From Prevotella sp. (GTDB taxonomy: Bacteria > Bacteroidota > Bacteroidia > Bacteroidales > Bacteroidaceae): 64,000 nt of DNA. The number at the start of each line of letters is the position of its first letter. The first letter of the stretch is position 1. The notes under the pieces are model-generated. The model was not told the DNA's origin and ran no database searches. It saw only the letters and a program-made list of their open reading frames with translations. Of this stretch, positions 58,870 through 64,000 are shown one piece after another. Made by a program: the position numbers and the translations under genes. The DNA lies in the NCBI GenBank assembly GCA_017940545.1, contig JAGAYI010000027.1, positions 584-64,583 on the forward strand, given 5' to 3'.

Positions 58870-59790
58870 TTATTCAGTAAGGAAGAACAGGCTGACACCC
58901 ACAACTGAAATAACCGCTCCCAACACGGCTTTCCACGTAATGGGCTGACGGAACAGCCACCAGGAGGGCAGAATAATGATGATGGGCGTGAGTGCCATGA
59001 GTGTGGAGGCAATGCCCGTACTGGTATATTGCACAGCCATCAGCGAAAAACCTACACCCACAAAAGGGCCAAAAATGGTAGTGGCCGTGGCAACGGTCAT
59101 GCCCTTACGGTCGTGGAGAGCATCGCGCAACGGCGTGAAACCCTCGCGGAAGTACAGGAGCAAAGAGAAGCCGACGATGCCGGCCAGGCAACGGATGAAG
59201 TTGGCACTGAAAGGGACCAGCCACTCAGGGATGGCACCAGGAACGTAATGGTCCATGCCCACCTTGCTCAACACAAGCCCTACGCCCTGACAAACGGCTG
59301 CCGCGATGGCATAGCAAACGCCACTCACGGGCAATTTCAGCGACACCCGGTGATGCTCGCCACGCCCCAGCACCGAAATGCCGATACCTGCCAGTGTCAC
59401 CAGCATGGCCAGTATGTTCATCGGCGACATCTGCTGGTCCAGAGTCATCCAAGCCATGAAAGCGGCCGCCAACGGAGCCAAGGTCATGAACAGCTGACCA
59501 TAGCGCGAACCTATAATAATATAGCACTGGAAAAGACAAAAGTCACCAATGACATATCCCACCAGACCCGACAGCAACATCCAGCCGTAAGCCTCGACGG
59601 TGGCACCTCCCGGCAGAGGAGAACCCGTCACCACCCAGAACAGGACCAGAGAAAAAAGCAAGGCCAGAGCCATTCGCAGGACGTTCAGCGTCAGATTGCC
59701 CAACCGCTTGCTGCCAAACTCGCTCAGCAAGGCTGTTGCCGTCCACGAAAAGGCTACGCCAATGGAAATGAATTCTCCTAAATAAGCCAT
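58870..59790 (-). CDS. DMT/EamA family transporter
   Basis: 10 TM segments in two EamA-like repeats; promoter at 59820-59827. Confidence 0.9.
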   Translation of the reverse strand: MAYLGEFISIGVAFSWTATALLSEFGSKRLGNLTLNVLRMALALLFSLVLFWVVTGSPLPGGATVEAYGWMLLSGLVGYVIGDFCLFQCYIIIGSRYGQLFMTLAPLAAAFMAWMTLDQQMSPMNILAMLVTLAGIGISVLGRGEHHRVSLKLPVSGVCYAIAAAVCQGVGLVLSKVGMDHYVPGAIPEWLVPFSANFIRCLAGIVGFSLLLYFREGFTPLRDALHDRKGMTVATATTIFGPFVGVGFSLMAVQYTSTGIASTLMALTPIIIILPSWWLFRQPITWKAVLGAVISVVGVSLFFLTE

Positions 59791-59870
59791 CAGTTTAGTT
59801 TGCTTTACAATTTAGGCCGCAAAGTTACAAATATTTTCGAAAAGAATTGTATCTTTGCAAACAAAAATAG

Positions 59871-60818
59871 ATGAAACGATTTCTGATTATAACGGCCATC
59901 ACCGTGATGGTGTTTGTAGTAGCTACCATCGGAGGCAGTTTATACATGCTTGACTACTCACTGGCTCCTGACCCCGAACGGCGTGACACCGCCAAGTGTT
60001 TCCTCGAACTCAGAGAGAAGTACCCCGAGATGATGCCTTGGCTCGACAGCCTCAACCGCTGCCACGCCCTGCGCGACACCTTTGTCAGCATGCCCTCAGG
60101 CGAGCGCCACCACGCCTACTACGTCCGGCGAGACAGCAGCCAGCGAGCAGCCATCATCGTGCATGGATGGCGCGACAGCGGCATTAAGTTCTTCTACATA
60201 GCGCGTCTCTACCACCAGCTGTTAGGCTGCAATGTGCTGATTCCCGACCTGCACGCCCACGGACTGAGCGAGGGCGAAGCCATTACCATGGGTTGGCACG
60301 ACCGTCACGACGTGCTCCACTGGCTGAGCGTCGCCGCCAAGTTGTTCAAGGCCGATGACTTTTGCGTACACGGAGTGTCCATGGGGGGCGCCACCACCAT
60401 GAATGTTTCGGGCGAGAAGATGCCAGAAGCCATCAAGAACATCCGCTTTGTGGAGGACTGCGGCTACACCAGCGTCTGGGACGAGTTCCGTTACCAGCTG
60501 AACGAGGAGTTCTCACTACCACCTTTCCCCCTGCTCTACACCACGTCACTACTGTGCAAACTGCGTGACGGATGGTCGTTCGGCGAAGCAGCACCCATAG
60601 AGCAGGTCAGCAAATGCCCCCACCCGATGCTGTTTATTCATGGCGACAAAGACGACTTTGTGCCTTCGCACATGGTTCGTCCGCTATACGAAGCCAAGAA
60701 GAACAGGAAGAGCCTTTGGTTTGCCAAAGGCTCTGGTCACGCATTGTCCTACTACGACCACCGGGAAGAATATGCCCGGAAGGTCTGCGATTTTTTTAAA
60801 CAAACAGAAAAAAAATAA
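59871..60818 (+). CDS. Alpha/beta hydrolase, membrane-anchored
   Basis: IVHGW, HGLSEG, HGVSMGG, EDCGY, IHGDKDDFVP and GH motifs; promoter at 59850-59857. Confidence 0.92.
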   Translation: MKRFLIITAITVMVFVVATIGGSLYMLDYSLAPDPERRDTAKCFLELREKYPEMMPWLDSLNRCHALRDTFVSMPSGERHHAYYVRRDSSQRAAIIVHGWRDSGIKFFYIARLYHQLLGCNVLIPDLHAHGLSEGEAITMGWHDRHDVLHWLSVAAKLFKADDFCVHGVSMGGATTMNVSGEKMPEAIKNIRFVEDCGYTSVWDEFRYQLNEEFSLPPFPLLYTTSLLCKLRDGWSFGEAAPIEQVSKCPHPMLFIHGDKDDFVPSHMVRPLYEAKKNRKSLWFAKGSGHALSYYDHREEYARKVCDFFKQTEKK

Positions 60819-60822
60819 GAAG

Positions 60823-61341
60823 ATGAAAAGAACACTGTCAATTATCTGGACACTGTTGACGATGACGGCGGCCCTGCAGGCACAAATCACCGCACCCACA
60901 GACACACCCGAACTGGAGTTTGCCCTGCAGCTGAAGGTAACGTTAGGAGAAACCTACACCATTGACAGCACACAGCACGGGCGACGCATCATCATCCCCA
61001 TCACCGGCGGCACCTTTGAAGGACCACACCTGCGGGGCACCATTCTGAACGGCGGAGCCGACTACCAACTGTCGAACGCCGACGGCAGCCGCACAGAACT
61101 GGAGGCCATCTACAGCATACTGACAGACGACGGCATCCACATCCATGTACGCAACCGAGGCATCATCAGCAACGGTAAAAACGCTGACGGCCAACCGACG
61201 TTCTACTTCAAGGCAGCACCACAGTTTGAGGCTCCGCAGAACAGTCGTTACGGCTGGCTTAACAATGCCCTCTTCGTCTGCCAGCCTGACTGGTCGCAGC
61301 CGTTCAAGGGCATTGTGCTCAACGTGTGGCAGGTGAAATAG
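60823..61341 (+). CDS. DUF3237 family protein with signal peptide
   Basis: GRRIIIPITGGTFEG, GGADYQ, TDDG..I.V.NRG, P.FEAP and WLN motifs. Confidence 0.85.
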   Translation: MKRTLSIIWTLLTMTAALQAQITAPTDTPELEFALQLKVTLGETYTIDSTQHGRRIIIPITGGTFEGPHLRGTILNGGADYQLSNADGSRTELEAIYSILTDDGIHIHVRNRGIISNGKNADGQPTFYFKAAPQFEAPQNSRYGWLNNALFVCQPDWSQPFKGIVLNVWQVK

Positions 61342-61348
61342 TCTCCAC

Positions 61349-62722
61349 CTACATATTGATAGCCTTCATCAGCTTGACGGCATCGACATACTGAGCAATG
61401 CCCTGGGCTACCTTCTTCGCATCCTGCATGGCATGCACCACGGTAGCCTGGCGGTTGGCTACGTCGCCTCCGGCAAAGACACCCTTCCGGGTGGTCATGC
61501 CGTAGGGCAGGTCGCGGGTGACAAGGAACTTGTGGTCATCGTTCTGCAGGCCCGACGTGGTGCGCACAATCTTCGTGTTGGGTGTGGCGCCAATGGCCAT
61601 GATGATGTTATTGGCTGGCAGCGTCTGGCGAACGGGGTTCCCGTCGGGCTCTGCCGTTTCCAATACAATCTCGGTAATGTCTAACTGGTCATCTACATGT
61701 ATCTCTGTAATGCTGCTCCACCAGTTGAAGTTGACACCTTCCTTGACGGCATCGTCATATTCAGCACGCAAGGCCGACATGGTGTCAATACCGCGGTTAT
61801 AAATCACATCCACCCGCGAGGCACCAATGCGCAAGGCCGTTCGCGAAGCATCCATGGCCGTGTTGCCACAACCAATGATAAAGACCCTTGCACCATCATC
61901 GACAGGCAACTCGTCGCGCTTCATGTAACCTTCTGAAATCAGCTCCACGCGACGCAGGAAATGGGTGGCCATACGGATGCGCTTGAGGTCGCTGCACTTC
62001 GTGGCATTATCACCATCCGATATGCAACGGCCGTTCTGCCAGATGGGTATCTCCAACGACTTTGGCTTGCCAAGACCCGTGCCGATGAAAATGGCATCGA
62101 AACCTTGTGCAAAAAGACTATCGACGGTAATCTCCACACCGACATGGGTATTGCGATGAATGACGACACCCATCTTCTCAATGTATCGGATTTCGCGGGC
62201 TACCACCTCCTTAGGCAGACGGTATTCAGGAATGCCATAGCGCAGCACACCGCCACACTGGGCTTCCATCTCGAAGATTTCCACCGTGAAGCCCATGCGC
62301 GACAGGTCACCTGCCACGGTAATGCCTGACGGACCGGCACCGATGACGGCCACCTTACCACGCGTCTTCTCGCTGACATCCTCGTGTGTCAGCTGGTTCT
62401 CCGAGTCAAAGTCGGCCACGAAGCGCTCCAGCTTGCCAATGTTCACCGGCTCACCCTTCTTGCCCAGCACGCAGCTTCCCTCGCATTGTTTCTCGTGGGC
62501 ACATACGCGGCCGCACACGGCAGGCAGGTTGCTCTTGGCACGAATAATACTGATGGCATTTCCCAGATTGCCTTTCTTCAGCTCGTGTATCCAGTCGGGA
62601 ATGTCGTTACTGATAGGACAGCCTTTCTTGCATTGCGGTACCTTGCAGTGCAGGCATCGCTGGGCCTCCTTGATGGCCTCGGCCATCGTGTAGCTCTCGT
62701 TGATTTCTTCTTTAAACTTCAT
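61349..62722 (-). CDS. GltD/NfnB-like Fe-S flavoprotein NAD(P)-dependent oxidoreductase
   Basis: RCLHC..PQCKKGCP, VCGRVCAHEKQCE, GAGPSG, YGIPEYRL, IGCGNTAMD and FAGGD motifs. Confidence 0.9.
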   Translation of the reverse strand: MKFKEEINESYTMAEAIKEAQRCLHCKVPQCKKGCPISNDIPDWIHELKKGNLGNAISIIRAKSNLPAVCGRVCAHEKQCEGSCVLGKKGEPVNIGKLERFVADFDSENQLTHEDVSEKTRGKVAVIGAGPSGITVAGDLSRMGFTVEIFEMEAQCGGVLRYGIPEYRLPKEVVAREIRYIEKMGVVIHRNTHVGVEITVDSLFAQGFDAIFIGTGLGKPKSLEIPIWQNGRCISDGDNATKCSDLKRIRMATHFLRRVELISEGYMKRDELPVDDGARVFIIGCGNTAMDASRTALRIGASRVDVIYNRGIDTMSALRAEYDDAVKEGVNFNWWSSITEIHVDDQLDITEIVLETAEPDGNPVRQTLPANNIIMAIGATPNTKIVRTTSGLQNDDHKFLVTRDLPYGMTTRKGVFAGGDVANRQATVVHAMQDAKKVAQGIAQYVDAVKLMKAINM

Positions 62723-62725
62723 AGA

Positions 62726-63661
62726 TTATTTTTTAAGTAAATTTGATTTATTTACTGTCTCCTTTGGGCGCAAAGGTCCCCGTTTGTCTGCCAGATACAT
62801 GCCGAGAAGAATCAGGATAGTACCGAGAATGAAAAAGAGTGTTATCTGCTCGTGCAAGACAAACCAGGCAAAGACAATGGTGGTGACGGGATTCAGATAG
62901 ACATAGTTGGTAGCCACTACGGGCCCCAACTTCTTCAGCACCCAGTTCCAAGCCAAGAAGCACAGCATAGAAGCCACACTACCCAAGAACAGCAGGTTCC
63001 AAAGGAGTGACGGGTGACGGACAAGCTGACGGACACCGAGCCCCGGGAAACAGAGGAAATAAGGAATCATGAACAGCAATCCGTAGAAAAACACCTTACG
63101 GGTAATGAACACGGTGTCGTAACGCTGGTTGGCTGGCACCATGAGCAGACTGTAAGCACCCCAGCAGAGGGCAGCACTGAAAGCCAACAGGTCACCGCGT
63201 GGCGACAGATGAAGCACAAAATGGCCGTTCATCACCACCAACACCACACCGACGGCTGCCATCAGCGAACCAAATGACTGCAGGCGAGTCAGACGCTCTG
63301 ACCTGTAGAAAAAACCTATCAGTGCCGAGGCAATGAGCGGACTCAGGCTGACTATCAGCGACGTGTTGGTAGTGGTGGTATAGTTCATGGCACTATTCTC
63401 TGTCAGGAAGTAAAGGGAGCCACCCGTCAGTCCTAACAGGGCCATCAGCAGCTCGTCACGCCAACTGTCGGCCATCCAGCGTATTCCCTTGAACAGGCAG
63501 AAAGCCAACAGTAGCACGTATGCAACAATGAACCGCAGCGCAAAAATCTGTGCTGCTGACAAGCCCCCTAACAACAGCAGTTTGGTGAACACAAAGGTGG
63601 TTCCCCAAATGGCCACCACTAAGAATGCTACCACATGGTAAAGCATACGCCGACTATCCAT
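62726..63661 (-). CDS. DMT/EamA family transporter
   Basis: IWGTTFV, LRF and YLNPV motifs; 10 TM segments. Confidence 0.9.
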   Translation of the reverse strand: MDSRRMLYHVVAFLVVAIWGTTFVFTKLLLLGGLSAAQIFALRFIVAYVLLLAFCLFKGIRWMADSWRDELLMALLGLTGGSLYFLTENSAMNYTTTTNTSLIVSLSPLIASALIGFFYRSERLTRLQSFGSLMAAVGVVLVVMNGHFVLHLSPRGDLLAFSAALCWGAYSLLMVPANQRYDTVFITRKVFFYGLLFMIPYFLCFPGLGVRQLVRHPSLLWNLLFLGSVASMLCFLAWNWVLKKLGPVVATNYVYLNPVTTIVFAWFVLHEQITLFFILGTILILLGMYLADKRGPLRPKETVNKSNLLKK

Positions 63662-63678
63662 TTTTTCCGTTTTGCCTG

Positions 63679-63743
63679 CAAAGTTACGAAAAGTCGAGCG
63701 AAGAACAAAACAAACGTGAGCTTTCCTTTGAGTTTCGCTCGAC
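63679..63743 (-). repeat. Promoter-bearing stem-loop element upstream of the EamA gene
   Basis: TAACTTTG (minus, 63679-63686) adjacent to the inverted repeat GTCGAGCGAA / TTCGCTCGAC. Confidence 0.6.
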
Positions 63744-63807
63744 GTTTCTCCCAGTTTGCTACGCCCTGTCTTTCAGTCACACCCTGTCACGAGAATAGCA
63801 CGCAGCG

Positions 63808-64000
63808 TTAATTCTGCCGACGACTGGCTTCGACAGCTTGCAGAAAGCGCTGCCTGCGCTCTTTCATGTTTTCAATGTTCGCCTCTGGCTGTCTGCGGTC
63901 ATCGTTTTCTCTGAGTTCCTGCCGTGTGCGGGCAAAGGCAGACAGCTCTTCATCGCTCACGTCCATCATTTGCTGACAGATTTTGAGCGTTTCCTTTTGC
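63808..64000 (-). CDS. 3' end of an unidentified protein (runs off the window end)
   Basis: Open frame ...QKETLKICQQMMDVSDEELSAFARTRQELRENDDRRQPEANIENMKERRQRFLQAVEASRRQN* with stop at 63808-63810. Confidence 0.55.
   Translation of the reverse strand, partial: QKETLKICQQMMDVSDEELSAFARTRQELRENDDRRQPEANIENMKERRQRFLQAVEASRRQN

Noticed and set aside
61349-62722. gltD gene symbol
   Set aside because: There is no adjacent gltB, and the family includes NfnB, SudA and PreT, so the specific function cannot be assigned.

Overview
A 64 kb chromosomal window from a Prevotella-type Bacteroidales genome. The assignment rests on TAnnTTTG sigma-A promoter boxes upstream of most operons and on gene content. 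Most of it is housekeeping: cysS (partial), trpS, ribF, argB, speA, aroK, topA, a DEAD-box helicase, dusB, dprA, lepB, dapB, ruvB, coaD, ybeY and parE, plus tRNA-Val(CAC) and tRNA-Ile2(CAT). It also carries hemicellulose genes: a GPH/MFS transporter-GH10-GH43-ECF sigma operon with a divergent esterase, and a GH97-CE2-GH127 cluster. I found no transposase, integrase, prophage or CRISPR array. Four things stand out. (1) The xylan-operon MFS transporter appears to have its helices in a non-circularly permuted order (TM1-5, 8-11, 6-7, 12) with membrane topology preserved. (2) Two intergenic arrays have an exact 22-bp period with orientation-flipping pseudo-palindromic cores; one lies between an orphan promoter and a terminator, the other inside an inverted-repeat-bounded element. 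(3) Short 7/8-mer and GC-rich REP-like repeats sit in-frame in many genes, often as inverted pairs bracketing conserved segments, and supply loops, signal-peptide h-regions and start/stop codons. (4) There are a His-less histidine kinase, a catalytically dead signal peptidase paralog, a panE remnant and candidate sRNAs. All calls are by eye from motifs; no database search was run.
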